A DNA stretch of 64,000 bases from Phototrophicaceae bacterium (GTDB lineage: Bacteria; Chloroflexota; Anaerolineae; Aggregatilineales; Phototrophicaceae), in the NCBI GenBank assembly GCA_965214075.1, contig OZ243936.1, forward strand, positions 1,929,797 to 1,993,796, given 5' to 3'. The translations under genes were made by a program, and so were the position numbers. Each line of letters opens with the position of its first letter. Within the stretch, counting starts at the first letter, position 1. Below are positions 10,908 to 20,384 of this stretch, in pieces. Under the pieces are notes generated by a model. The model made no database searches. It saw only the letters and a list, made by a program, of their open reading frames with translations, and was not told the origin of the DNA.

Positions 10908-12230
10908 TTATTCGGCTGAATATGAAGAGTGCCGCAAACTGGTCGCAGCCCGGTCTTGGAGCAGCGCGGCGATTTGCTCCAAGTCATCTTCAGATTGCAG
11001 CAGCGCGTTTTGATAAGCGGGATTGATCGCGGCTAGATTATCCGCATGGTAGCCCATGGTTGCTTCCGGGTCTTTGAGTACATGACCGGTCAAAACGCCG
11101 AGCACGGTGTCGCCGCGCGCGATGATACCGCGCTCCACCAGTTTCTTCGCGCCAGCGACCGAGCAGGCGGAGGCGGGTTCGCAGCCGATGCCGACGCCGT
11201 CGACGATGGCTTTGGCATCCATGATTTGCTGGTCGCTGACTTGCTCGACGACGCCGCCCGTCCATTCCAGCGTGCGAATGGCTTTTTGCAGGTTGACGGG
11301 GTTGCCAATCTTTATCGCGGTCGCGATCGTGCGCGCTTGCACCGCATGAAAATCTTTGAATCCACTGGCGAAATGCCGATATAAGGGATTAGCCCCTTCC
11401 GCTTGAATGATTGCCAGCCGCGGCATGCGCTCAATCAAACCGAGGTCCAGCATTTCCAGCAATGCCTTGCCAAAGGCGGAACTGTTGCCCAGGTTGCCGC
11501 CGGGCAGGACAATCCAATCGGGCGTCTGCCAGCGCAACTGTTGCAATGCCTCAAACATGATAGACTTCTGGCCCTCGAGCCGAAAGGGATTGACTGAGTT
11601 GAGAATATAAATGCGCAAGCGCTGCGCGACTTCGCGCACGAGCGCCATATTGCGGTCGAAATCGGCATTAATCTGAATACAAGTCGCGCCATAGGCGATG
11701 CCTTGCGCCAGTTTCCCAAGCGCAATTTGCTGATTCTGCAAGAATACGATGCCTTGCATGCCTGCGCGCGCGGCATAAGAAGCCAAGGATGCGGACGTGT
11801 TGCCGGTCGAGGCGCAAGCCACACGGTCCATGCCGAGAATCTTGGCTTGCGTCAGGCCCGTGGTCATGCCGCGGTCCTTAAATGAGCCGGTTGGGTTCTC
11901 GCCTTCGTGCTTGAGATAGAGCGAATCGACACCGATATGCGCGGCGACCCGCGGCAGATGATATAGATTGGTGTTGCCTTCGGCGCGGCTGACGATCTTA
12001 GCGGCGGCGATGCCGGGATATATCAATTCTTTGAAGCGCCATACGCCGCTGTTGTAGGGAAAGTCGAGCGTACCGAGCCGCTTGTCAAAGAACTTTCGCG
12101 TCAATTGCGCCGCGGATTCGCGCCAGTCATGCCGCACATCAAGCAATCCCGCGCAAGCCTCGCAGTTATAAATGACTCGGTCGATTGGGTATTGTTGCCC
12201 GCAATCGATACATTGTAGTATGCTTGGCAT
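10908..12230 (-). CDS. thrC: threonine synthase
   Basis: N-terminal Zn-ribbon-like CIDCG...CEAC and PLP-lysine motif NPTGSFKDRGMT. ATG 12230 (MPSILQC) has GAGGTCAAAGGA upstream. The longer ORF to 12338 is probably not translated. Confidence 0.88.
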   Translation of the reverse strand: MPSILQCIDCGQQYPIDRVIYNCEACAGLLDVRHDWRESAAQLTRKFFDKRLGTLDFPYNSGVWRFKELIYPGIAAAKIVSRAEGNTNLYHLPRVAAHIGVDSLYLKHEGENPTGSFKDRGMTTGLTQAKILGMDRVACASTGNTSASLASYAARAGMQGIVFLQNQQIALGKLAQGIAYGATCIQINADFDRNMALVREVAQRLRIYILNSVNPFRLEGQKSIMFEALQQLRWQTPDWIVLPGGNLGNSSAFGKALLEMLDLGLIERMPRLAIIQAEGANPLYRHFASGFKDFHAVQARTIATAIKIGNPVNLQKAIRTLEWTGGVVEQVSDQQIMDAKAIVDGVGIGCEPASACSVAGAKKLVERGIIARGDTVLGVLTGHVLKDPEATMGYHADNLAAINPAYQNALLQSEDDLEQIAALLQDRAATSLRHSSYSAE

Positions 12231-12408
12231 TCCTTTGACCTCTCGTCCCGCAAGCGCAGCCCTACGGCAGTCGCGCAAGTCGCGATGACACCGCCCGGCG
12301 ACACAGACATTTGGCAGTGAATTGTCTGATGCGCTCACATTTAATCATTAGCCCGCTCCTTGCGCGCGCAAGGGTATTGCGATGCCCGGATAAGAATAGC
12401 GAGCCTTC

Positions 12409-13350
12409 ATGTCATTTTCCAGAGCCGAAGCCTTTGCGCCGGCTACCGTTGCGAACCTCGGCGTTGGTTTTGATATTCTGGGGCTGGCGCTAGAAGGCAT
12501 GGGCGACCGCGCCATCGTCGCCTTTCAAGACAGCCCCGGTATCCACATCAGCAAGATTGAAGGCGACGCTGGCAAGCTGCCGCGCGCGCCAGAGCAGAAT
12601 GTCGCATCCGTTTCGGCTGCCGCTTTGCTCGAATATATGGGGGAAAAGCGCGGGCTGCGCATTGAACTGTATAAGGGGCTGCCGCTTTCCAGCGGGGTCG
12701 GCAGCAGCGCCGCCAGCGCGGTGGTAACGGTGGTCGCCCTAAACAAGCTGTATGGCGAGCCATTTCGCCGCGAGCAGCTGCTGCCTTTCTGTTTGGAAGG
12801 CGAAGCGCTGGTAAGCGGCTACCATGCCGATAATGTCGCGCCCTGTCTGTTGGGGGGCATCACGCTGGTGGCGGGAATAACAGTCGAAGCCATCCAGCCC
12901 TTGCCAATCCCCGAAAACTTGCATCTGGCTTTGCTTACGCCGGATATCGCGATTCCCACCGCCGAAGCCCGCGCGGTTATGCCCGCGCATGTCAGTTTGC
13001 CGACTCTCATCCATCAGACTGGGCAAGTTGCGCTGCTGATTGACGCTTTGCATCGCGGCGACCTGCAGGCGCTGGCAAAAGCGCTGGAAAGCGATCTGGT
13101 TGCCGAAGCGGCGCGCGCCAGCTTGATGCCGCAATTGCCGCATGCCCGCAAAGCCGCGAAAGCCGCCGGCGCTTTGGCGGTCTTTATTGGCGGGGCGGGA
13201 CCGACGCTCTGCGCGCTCTGCGACGCAAAAGCCGTAGCGGAGCAAGTTGCCGCGACCATGCAAAATGTCTACAGCGACAGCGGTATTCAATCCCAAGCGC
13301 TCGCCACCAAGGTCGACCGCCGCGGTGCTATTGTCATCCGCGCCGATTGA
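12409..13350 (+). CDS. thrB: homoserine kinase
   Basis: GHMP-kinase motif PLSSGVGSSAASAV and N-terminus APATVANLGVGFDILG. Confidence 0.88.
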   Translation: MSFSRAEAFAPATVANLGVGFDILGLALEGMGDRAIVAFQDSPGIHISKIEGDAGKLPRAPEQNVASVSAAALLEYMGEKRGLRIELYKGLPLSSGVGSSAASAVVTVVALNKLYGEPFRREQLLPFCLEGEALVSGYHADNVAPCLLGGITLVAGITVEAIQPLPIPENLHLALLTPDIAIPTAEARAVMPAHVSLPTLIHQTGQVALLIDALHRGDLQALAKALESDLVAEAARASLMPQLPHARKAAKAAGALAVFIGGAGPTLCALCDAKAVAEQVAATMQNVYSDSGIQSQALATKVDRRGAIVIRAD

Positions 13351-13418
13351 CTTTGGCGCGACTTGCTTCAAAACTTAAAATAGTTGATTGCGATTGCGGG
13401 AAGGCAATTGTGAAATTC

Positions 13419-13447
13419 TTGACAATCTCGCAAGCGCTCTTTATACT
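13419..13447 (+). promoter_or_regulatory. candidate promoter TTGACA-N17-TATACT upstream of the iscX-like/nuo operon
   Basis: Near-consensus hexamers read directly, about 135 nt upstream of the first start codon. Confidence 0.45.
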
Positions 13448-13579
13448 TGCTGAACGTTGGGCGGGTCGGCTGACAAATACCGATAGGCTAGCTTTCACAA
13501 ATTCCTGTTTGTCGCTTGACCGATTCCGCATTTGTCAATTTTTTGTGTAAACGTATGCGCGCTGCCGTGTTAAAATAGC

Positions 13580-13798
13580 TTGGTCATGGGTGGTCCGCGC
13601 TTGGATTGGGACGCGACCTACGAAATCGTTTTGGCATTATTGGAACATCATCCCAATGCGGACTTGGAAGACTTGTCCTTGGATGAGTTGAGCGCGACTA
13701 TTGTTGCGCTGCCCGGTTTTGCCGACGACCCCGAAATGGTCAATGACGCGATATTGCGAGCGATTCTGCGTGAATGGTACGAGGAGATCGGTGATTAG
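13580..13798 (+). CDS. IscX-like Fe-S assembly accessory protein
   Basis: A ~70-aa acidic protein. LDWDATYEIVLALLEHHPNADLEDL...LPGFADDPEMVNDAILRAILREWYEE is colinear with E. coli IscX ([22 protein letters not shown]...[26 protein letters not shown], recalled from memory). Start is TTG 13580 or ATG 13586. Its stop TAG abuts the nuoB ATG. Confidence 0.6.
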   Translation: MVMGGPRLDWDATYEIVLALLEHHPNADLEDLSLDELSATIVALPGFADDPEMVNDAILRAILREWYEEIGD

Positions 13799-14680
13799 AT
13801 GGACTTGAACTTGCAGGAGTTACAGAAAACCGAGTTTCCTGTTCCCGCCGAATTGGAAAGCAACATCGCGATTACAAGCCTCAGCCAGCTATACAATTGG
13901 GGGCGGCGCAATTCCATGTGGCCCATGCTCTTCGGCTTGGCTTGCTGCGCAATCGAGATGATCGCGACTGCTTCTTCTCGCTTCGACTTCTCTCGCTTTG
14001 GGTTCGAAGTCATGCGAGCCACGCCCCGGCAAGCTGATTTGATGATCGTTTCTGGCACCGTAACCAAAAAGATGGTCGTGCCAATCGTGCGCTTGTATAA
14101 CCAGATGCCAGAACCGAAGTACGTTTTGGCGATGGGTGCCTGCGCCAGCGGGGGCGGTCCATTCAAAGAAGGCTATAACGTGGTTTCTGGCATTGACAAA
14201 TATCTGCCGGTCGATGTTTATGTGCCTGGATGCCCGCCAACGCCGCAAGCATTGCTCTTTGGCATGATTGCGTTGCAACGGAAAATCGACGGGCAGAGCA
14301 TCGCCAATGGCGATGATGTGCCATGGTATGGGCTTGGACCTTCCGAGCCGACCCCGGTGCCGGTTTTGGGTCCCGACATTATCGACCCGCGCCAGATGGA
14401 TATGATTCGCCGTCAAGCCGAAGCGGCTGCGGCGGATATGACCTTGCTCGGGCAGCGCGACTTGCCCAGCCCGGCGCAGTTGGTGGCGGTCAATCCGGTC
14501 GCTGTGGAAACCGCCAGCGCTGCCAGCGTGGCGGTTTCCGACGATGCCCTGGGTTTTGTCTTGCCTACGGGCGGCAAGCCCTGGAGCGAAGCCGAAGACA
14601 TTCGTGAAAAGCGCCGCCTGCGCGCGCTGGCAAGGAGAGCGCTTCGCGCCTCGCGCAGGTCGGAAGCAGGAGAGGAATAG
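13799..14680 (+). CDS. nuoB: NADH-quinone oxidoreductase subunit B with ~125-aa C-terminal extension
   Basis: Cluster N2 ligand motifs [16 protein letters not shown] and GCPP. The canonical domain ends near aa 165. The rest is a low-complexity tail ending [27 protein letters not shown]. Confidence 0.9.
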   Translation: MDLNLQELQKTEFPVPAELESNIAITSLSQLYNWGRRNSMWPMLFGLACCAIEMIATASSRFDFSRFGFEVMRATPRQADLMIVSGTVTKKMVVPIVRLYNQMPEPKYVLAMGACASGGGPFKEGYNVVSGIDKYLPVDVYVPGCPPTPQALLFGMIALQRKIDGQSIANGDDVPWYGLGPSEPTPVPVLGPDIIDPRQMDMIRRQAEAAAADMTLLGQRDLPSPAQLVAVNPVAVETASAASVAVSDDALGFVLPTGGKPWSEAEDIREKRRLRALARRALRASRRSEAGEE

Positions 14681-14686
14681 CGTAAG

Positions 14687-16603
14687 ATGGCAGGTCCCGC
14701 TTTAGCCTCGCATGATGCTGCGCAAACAGCTGCGGAAGCAGTCTCGTCGGCAGCAGTATCGACAGTATCGATTGAAGACTCGATAGCCTATTTGAAGTCA
14801 AAACATCCTGATGCAGTCAGCGACGACGCGCGCGAAGGCTATTCCGGCCTGCTTGTGCAAGCGGACAAGCTGCTTGAGGTAGCCCGCGTGATACGCGACG
14901 AGCTGGGCTTCGACTATCTTTCCAGCGCGACCGCGGTCGATTATCTTGGCGCGGGCGATCACATGGAAATGGTCTACCACGCCTACCGCACGAGCGGCGG
15001 CGGCGCATTGGTCTTCAAAGCGCAGACCGACCGCGAAAAACCCGAGATTCCCTCACTGGTCTCGCTTTGGCGTGGTGCCGATTTTCAAGAGCGCGAGGCT
15101 TGGGATTTATATGGCATCAAATTCCCTGGGCATCCTAATTTGCGCCGCATTCTCATGTGGGATGGCTTCCACGGCCATCCGATGCGCAAAGACTGGCGCG
15201 AAGCCTACTATGAAGAAGAACTGAAACCATTTGACAATCGCTGGCCCGGCGGCCATGTCCACCGTTCCGAAGAAAAGAACGTCTTCGGCAAGAATGTTGC
15301 TTATCCGGCGGATATCGACCTCAACCGCTTGATGGACAAGTCGGAGAGCGAGGTCTACGCATCGCTGGGCTTGGGCGTAGATGTCGAGCGGATTCTGGAC
15401 AAAGACGGCTTCGAGACCAACGAGCTCATCGTCAACATGGGTCCGCATCATCCCAGCACGCATGGCGTCTTTCGCATGCTGCTGACGGTTGATGGTGAAA
15501 CCGTTACCTCCCTGGAACCGGTCATGGGATATTTGCACCGAAATCACGAGAAAATAGGCGAGCGCAATACCTATTTGCACAATATCCCCTTTACCGATCG
15601 CCTGGATTACATCTCCAGCATGGGCAACAACCACGGCTATGTGCTCGCCGTCGAGCAGTTGCTGAGCTTGGGCAGGAAATACAATCCGCCGACTTATCGC
15701 TGCGAGGCGATTCGCGTGATGATGGTCGAGCTTAGCCGTATCGTGAATCATTTGTGGGCGATTGGCTTCTGGCTGAATGACATTGGCGCTTTCTTCACGC
15801 CCGTTTTGTATTTTATCCAAGAACGTGAACGCATTCTCGATTTCTTCGAAGCGGTTGCGGGCAGCCGCATGATGTGCAATTATATGCGCTTTGGCGGTCT
15901 CTTTGGCGATTTGCCCGAGCGCATCAAAAGCGTCAGCAACCTGACAAACGACCGCGTCCGCGATTACAATACCATGCAATTTTTGACCGAAATGGTCAAC
16001 GAACGCATCCCGCGCACAATTGACGAATTGGAACAGCTCTTGACGCAGAACGAGATTCTGCTGGAACGCTCGATTGGCGTCGGCATTCTGAACGCGCAGG
16101 ACGCCATCAATTACAGCGCGGCGGGTCCCTTGCTGCGCGGCAGCGGTGTCGCCTATGATATCCGCCGTGCCGATCCCTATAGCATCTACCCAGAACTGGA
16201 TTTTGATGTCGCGGTGGAACAAGACGGCGATATGTACGCTCGCTACCGTGTGCGGGTAACAGAATTGCGCGAGAGCGTGCGCATACTCAAGCAGATACTG
16301 CCGCGCTTGGAAGCGACGCGAGGCGAATCAATTTGGGCGGACGGCAAGCCGGGCGCATACGCGCCGCGCGTTCCCTTTGGCGAGGCTTATGGCCGCGTCG
16401 AGAATGGCAAAGGCGAGTTAGGCTATTATATCGTATCGGCTGGCGGCCGCGGCGGCTCGTCCAATCCCTGGCGCTATCATGTGCGCGCGCCCAGTTTCAT
16501 CAATTTAACGCCGATGGGTTTGATGAGCGCCGGTTACAAAGTGGCGGATATCGTCGGCATTTTGGGCAGCATTGATATTGTGCTCGGGGAAACCGACCGC
16601 TAG
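14687..16603 (+). CDS. nuoCD: NADH-quinone oxidoreductase fused subunit C/D
   Basis: N-terminal NuoC part ([18 protein letters not shown]) is fused to NuoD ([25 protein letters not shown]-terminal [10 protein letters not shown]). No hydrogenase-type Cys motifs are present. Confidence 0.9.
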   Translation: MAGPALASHDAAQTAAEAVSSAAVSTVSIEDSIAYLKSKHPDAVSDDAREGYSGLLVQADKLLEVARVIRDELGFDYLSSATAVDYLGAGDHMEMVYHAYRTSGGGALVFKAQTDREKPEIPSLVSLWRGADFQEREAWDLYGIKFPGHPNLRRILMWDGFHGHPMRKDWREAYYEEELKPFDNRWPGGHVHRSEEKNVFGKNVAYPADIDLNRLMDKSESEVYASLGLGVDVERILDKDGFETNELIVNMGPHHPSTHGVFRMLLTVDGETVTSLEPVMGYLHRNHEKIGERNTYLHNIPFTDRLDYISSMGNNHGYVLAVEQLLSLGRKYNPPTYRCEAIRVMMVELSRIVNHLWAIGFWLNDIGAFFTPVLYFIQERERILDFFEAVAGSRMMCNYMRFGGLFGDLPERIKSVSNLTNDRVRDYNTMQFLTEMVNERIPRTIDELEQLLTQNEILLERSIGVGILNAQDAINYSAAGPLLRGSGVAYDIRRADPYSIYPELDFDVAVEQDGDMYARYRVRVTELRESVRILKQILPRLEATRGESIWADGKPGAYAPRVPFGEAYGRVENGKGELGYYIVSAGGRGGSSNPWRYHVRAPSFINLTPMGLMSAGYKVADIVGILGSIDIVLGETDR

Positions 16604-16667
16604 GGCGGGCAGCCATTAGCCGTCTTGCCTGTCAATAGCGGCGAACGAGGCAAGCCTAGGAGACAAA

Positions 16668-17513
16668 ATGTACGGAACTGGTTTGGCTAAAGGACTGATG
16701 CTGACATTGCGTCACTTTATCGACTCATTTGTCGATGACCTGCGCTATGGATTGCGGAAATATTCGCACGCAACCGACAATTTTGGCTTGCGCCAAGGCA
16801 CAGCAGCCAAAGGCGTCATCACCGTCCAGTATCCCGATGAGAAAGTGGCGGTGCCGGAACGTTTTCGTTTTGTGCCTTTCTTGATTGTCGAAGACGAAGA
16901 CCATCCAACCCGCAGCGGCAAAGACTGGTGCACCAGTTGCGGCATCTGCGCCAAAGTATGCCCGCCACAGTGCATTTGGATCGTGCGCGGCAATGACCCC
17001 AACACCGGCCGCCCCGTGCCAGAACCCGAGGCTTTTTTCATTGATATCGACATTTGCATGAATTGTGGCTACTGCGCCGAGTATTGTCCCTTCGACGCCA
17101 TCAAGATGGACCACGACTATGAATTAGCCAGTTACGACCGCACCACAAATCATATTCACGACAAGGAAAAACTGTCCAAGCCGGCTTCATACTGGCGCGA
17201 TATCGCTCCCACGCGCGCCTATGAAGAGATGCTGGTTCGCGGCACATGGGAACATAAAGACGCCGCCAAAGAAGCGCGGCGTGGCGCTGCCAGCCCCCGC
17301 GCGAGCGCTCCGCGTCCACAGCAAACACAAGCTGCGGCTGCTCCCGCGGCTGCCGCAACTGCGCAATCGGCGGAGGCAGCCGCTGCCCCAGCCGCATCCG
17401 CGCCGGCAGAAGGCGCGACGCCCTGGAGCGAAGACGATGCCAAGCGCGAAGAGCGGCGGCGCAAAGCGCTCGAGCGCAAAGCGCGGCGCGCCGCCAAACG
17501 CGGCGGTGCTTGA
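16668..17513 (+). CDS. nuoI: NADH-quinone oxidoreductase subunit I with Ala-rich C-terminal extension
   Basis: Two 4Fe-4S motifs, CTSCGICAKVCP and CMNCGYCAEYCP. A ~95-aa tail ends PWSEDDAKREERRRKALERKARRAAKR. Confidence 0.88.
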   Translation: MYGTGLAKGLMLTLRHFIDSFVDDLRYGLRKYSHATDNFGLRQGTAAKGVITVQYPDEKVAVPERFRFVPFLIVEDEDHPTRSGKDWCTSCGICAKVCPPQCIWIVRGNDPNTGRPVPEPEAFFIDIDICMNCGYCAEYCPFDAIKMDHDYELASYDRTTNHIHDKEKLSKPASYWRDIAPTRAYEEMLVRGTWEHKDAAKEARRGAASPRASAPRPQQTQAAAAPAAAATAQSAEAAAAPAASAPAEGATPWSEDDAKREERRRKALERKARRAAKRGGA

Positions 17514-17584
17514 TGCACTTGCCTGCGAATACGCTGGCGCGGACGCTTTAATCTAATTCTAGCTATTTCTGGCGCTTCATATAA

Positions 17585-17615
17585 CAAAACAGGCTCGCGA
17601 CGCGAGCCTGTTTTG
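17585..17615. terminator. bidirectional intrinsic terminator between nuoI and tRNA-Val
   Basis: AAAAC-AGGCTCGCG-A-CGCGAGCCT-GTTTTG: a GC-rich stem flanked by an A-run and a T-run. Confidence 0.65.
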
Positions 17616-17625
17616 TATCTGTGTA

Positions 17626-17698
17626 TGGGCGATATAAGACTCGAACTTATAACCTTCCAGGTGTAAACCGGATGCTCTGCCAATTGAGCTAATCGCCC
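17626..17698 (-). tRNA. tRNA-Val (anticodon TAC)
   Basis: Hand-folded 73-nt cloverleaf: acceptor GGGCGAT/ATCGCCC, D stem GCTC/GAGC, anticodon stem TCCGG/CTGGA with loop TTTACAC, and T arm ATAAG-TTCGAGT-CTTAT. No encoded CCA. Confidence 0.9.
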
Positions 17699-17707
17699 TC
17701 AGCTCTG

Positions 17708-17737
17708 ATTCTACGCAATTGGAACGAAGTCTGTCAA
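17708..17737 (-). promoter_or_regulatory. candidate promoter TTGACA-N18-TAGAAT for tRNA-Val
   Basis: Read on the minus strand. The -10 element ends 9 nt before tRNA position +1. Confidence 0.4.
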
Positions 17738-17749
17738 GGTGAATTTCGC

Positions 17750-18304
17750 TTACATGCGCGGCGGCGTAACCCCAGTCTGACCTTGATATTTGCCGTTTTT
17801 GTCGGCATAAGACTGCTCGCAAGTGTCGTCCGCTTCGAAGAACAATACTTGCGCTAGGCCTTCATTGGCGTAAACTTTGGCTGGCAAAGGGGTGGTATTG
17901 CTGATTTCCAGCGTGACAAAGCCTTCCCATTCTGGCTCAAAGGGCGTCACATTGACAATCAAGCCGCAGCGGGCATAGGTGGATTTGCCCAAACAGATGG
18001 TTAAGACATTGCGCGGGATACGGAAATACTCGACCGAACGCGACAAGGCGAAGGAATTGGGCGGGATGATGCAAACATCGCCGCGGAAATCTACAAAAGA
18101 AGCGCTGTCAAAATGTTTGGGGTCGACAACCGCTGAATGAACATTGGTGAAAATCTTGAACTCGTCCGAAACCCGCAGGTCATACCCATAAGAGGATAAG
18201 CCATAGCTGATTGAGCCAGCGCGCACTTGCCGGTCAACAAAGGGTTCAATCATGCGCTGCTCGCGCGCCATCTTCTTGATCCAGTGGTCCGGTTTCAAGC
18301 CCAT
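17750..18304 (-). CDS. dcd: dCTP deaminase
   Basis: N-terminus [22 protein letters not shown] and motif SYGYDLRV; 184 aa, typical of Dcd. Confidence 0.9.
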   Translation of the reverse strand: MGLKPDHWIKKMAREQRMIEPFVDRQVRAGSISYGLSSYGYDLRVSDEFKIFTNVHSAVVDPKHFDSASFVDFRGDVCIIPPNSFALSRSVEYFRIPRNVLTICLGKSTYARCGLIVNVTPFEPEWEGFVTLEISNTTPLPAKVYANEGLAQVLFFEADDTCEQSYADKNGKYQGQTGVTPPRM

Positions 18305-18319
18305 AAGCTGTCCCGAAGT

Positions 18320-20053
18320 CTACATGCGTTCGGGTGCCGACATGCCCATCAAACGCAGCACGCGGAAGAACACAACACTGGCTGCGCGATAAAAACGCAA
18401 GCGCGCCTTCGCCAGGTCGCTTGGCACGTCGCTGTGCAAAACGCGCGCCTTGTCATAAATCGGATGAAAGACCGCCGCCAGCTCCTGGGCGAAAAATGCG
18501 ATCTTGTGCGGCTCATAATTTGTCACCGCTTGTTCAATCACGTTGCCGAGTTCCAAAGCCTTGCGGATGAACTTGAGTTCATCCTTGCCCAGCAAGCTCA
18601 AGTCCGCACCCTCGTCGTTGAATCCGCGCTCCTGCGCTTCGCGAAAGATGCCAGCGCAGCGAACATAGGCATTCTGAATATAGTATACCGGATTCTCGTT
18701 GGATTGCTTGACGACTTGGTCGACATCGAAATCCAACTGCGAATTTGGGCTGCGCGCCAGCATGTGATAGCGCAAGGCGTCGGCGCTGGTCATGGCGACC
18801 AAATCATCGAGGGTATCAAATTCGCCGGCGCGTTTCGATTGCTTGACCGCCGCGAACATTCCGAGCGCTTCGTCCCAGCGCACCGCCCGCACCATCTGAA
18901 TGAAAATAACTTGAATCGGGTCCGGGTCCAAGTTCAGCGCGCGGATGCCGCGCTTCACCACTTGCGCCTGGGAAAAATGATCGCTCCCCAGCACGTTGAC
19001 CGCGATGTCATAGCCGCGCTCCAGCTTATCACAGTGATAGGCGATATCTGGCAAGGTATAAGTCGGGCTGCCATCGCTCTTTACCATGACGCGGTCTTTT
19101 TCGTCGCCAAAGGCGCTGCTACGCAGCCAGGTCGCCGCTTGGTAGCCCTTGGACTGGGCATCGGCGATTTCATCAGCGTCCGCGCCTTGCCAGTGCGGTG
19201 CCTCGTAGATATAGCCCTTGTCGCGCATCGCTTCCAGCACTTGCCAGATGCGCCCCGATTCAAAGAGCGATGTCTCGTTGAAGAAACGATCATGTTTGAC
19301 ATCAATCGCCGCCAGCGAACGATTTATCCATTGGAACATACGCGCTTCGGCAATTTCTTGGAATTTTTCCCAGCCCGCTTCTTTTAGGCTCGCGCCATGT
19401 TCTTCGGCAAGCTCAGTGGCGATTTCGACCAAGTACTGACCCTGGTAGTGGTCGGCGGGGAAGTCTATGTCCTCACCTAGCTGCTCTAAGTAACGCAGCA
19501 TCAGGCTTTTGCCCAGAATAATCATTTGTTGGCCGGCATTGTTGTAATAGTATTCGCGCTGGACTTCGTAGCCGGCTGCTTCCAGCAGGCGCGCCATGGC
19601 ATCGCCAACAACGGCGTTGCGCGTATGCCCGATTGTGATGGGTCCGCTGGGGTTGGCGCTGACAAACTCGACCTGTGCCTTCTTGCCCGCGCCAATGTCA
19701 AGCTGGAAGAAGTTTTCCCCCTCGGCGATGATGCGTTCAACCTGCTGTTTCAGGTAGGCTTCGTTGAGGAAGCAGTTGATAAATCCAGGCGGCGCGACCT
19801 CGACCTTGGCGATGAAATCCGCCTGCGCGAGCTTTGCGGCGACCAGATTGGCAATCGCCAGCGGGTTCTTGCGCGCCAGTTTCGCCAAGCCCATGCCCGG
19901 GTAAGACAGGTCGCCTTGCCCGGCGCGCTTTGGCGGGCTGACTGGAATGGCTGGTATCTCAAATTCGGGCAAGTCGCCCGCATCCATTAAGCGCACAAGC
20001 GCTGCTTCGATTAGCTTTTCCAGTTCTTTGTTCAGTTGTTTCAAGAGCGGCAA
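18320..20053 (-). CDS. argS: arginine--tRNA ligase
   Basis: 577 aa. Class I motifs SANPSGPITIGHTRN (HIGH-like) and the C-terminal anticodon-binding DALR domain ending GMSAPERM. The start is TTG 20053 or TTG 20044. Confidence 0.9.
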   Translation of the reverse strand: MPLLKQLNKELEKLIEAALVRLMDAGDLPEFEIPAIPVSPPKRAGQGDLSYPGMGLAKLARKNPLAIANLVAAKLAQADFIAKVEVAPPGFINCFLNEAYLKQQVERIIAEGENFFQLDIGAGKKAQVEFVSANPSGPITIGHTRNAVVGDAMARLLEAAGYEVQREYYYNNAGQQMIILGKSLMLRYLEQLGEDIDFPADHYQGQYLVEIATELAEEHGASLKEAGWEKFQEIAEARMFQWINRSLAAIDVKHDRFFNETSLFESGRIWQVLEAMRDKGYIYEAPHWQGADADEIADAQSKGYQAATWLRSSAFGDEKDRVMVKSDGSPTYTLPDIAYHCDKLERGYDIAVNVLGSDHFSQAQVVKRGIRALNLDPDPIQVIFIQMVRAVRWDEALGMFAAVKQSKRAGEFDTLDDLVAMTSADALRYHMLARSPNSQLDFDVDQVVKQSNENPVYYIQNAYVRCAGIFREAQERGFNDEGADLSLLGKDELKFIRKALELGNVIEQAVTNYEPHKIAFFAQELAAVFHPIYDKARVLHSDVPSDLAKARLRFYRAASVVFFRVLRLMGMSAPERM

Positions 20054-20384
20054 CTCTCTAATCTAATTTGCCGCGTCGCTCATGCGACGAGAATGCTTGA
20101 ATTCTTGTATGAGCGCGGCAGTACTTTTCGCTGCCGCAGTGCGGCTGCTTATGCGATACAAGCGGTTTCGGATTCTATCAAATAAGCCGCGCTTGGTTAA
20201 GCTCGACTTCGCGCCATGCAGTGAATTCGGAAGAGCAATTGCATCGATACAATCTGACATCATTGGCATCATTTCAAACTGAAAAACTACAGCCGCTTCG
20301 GCGGCAGTCCTTATTGCAGCCGCCGAGTCGCTGTACCGAGAAATTACTTGGATGCGAGGGACATGCAAACGAAGCCTAGTTTCA

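Noticed and set aside
13347-13550. 67-aa ORF upstream of the nuo operon, considered as a possible nuoA.
   Set aside because: It has none of the three hydrophobic helices expected of NuoA. The sequence contains the candidate promoter and is AT-rich intergenic DNA.
13568-13586. Extended -10-like TGTTAAAAT ending 3-9 nt before the iscX-like start, which would imply a leaderless mRNA.
   Set aside because: No -35 element lies at a suitable distance. The much better TTGACA-N17-TATACT promoter lies 135 nt upstream, and a GAGGAG-type SD is not required for the argument. The question cannot be decided without TSS data.
20054-20384. T-box leader upstream of argS.
   Set aside because: I searched the minus strand by eye for the conserved T-box sequence (AANNNGGGTGGTACCGCG) and found neither a GGTGGTACC core nor a specifier-loop arrangement.
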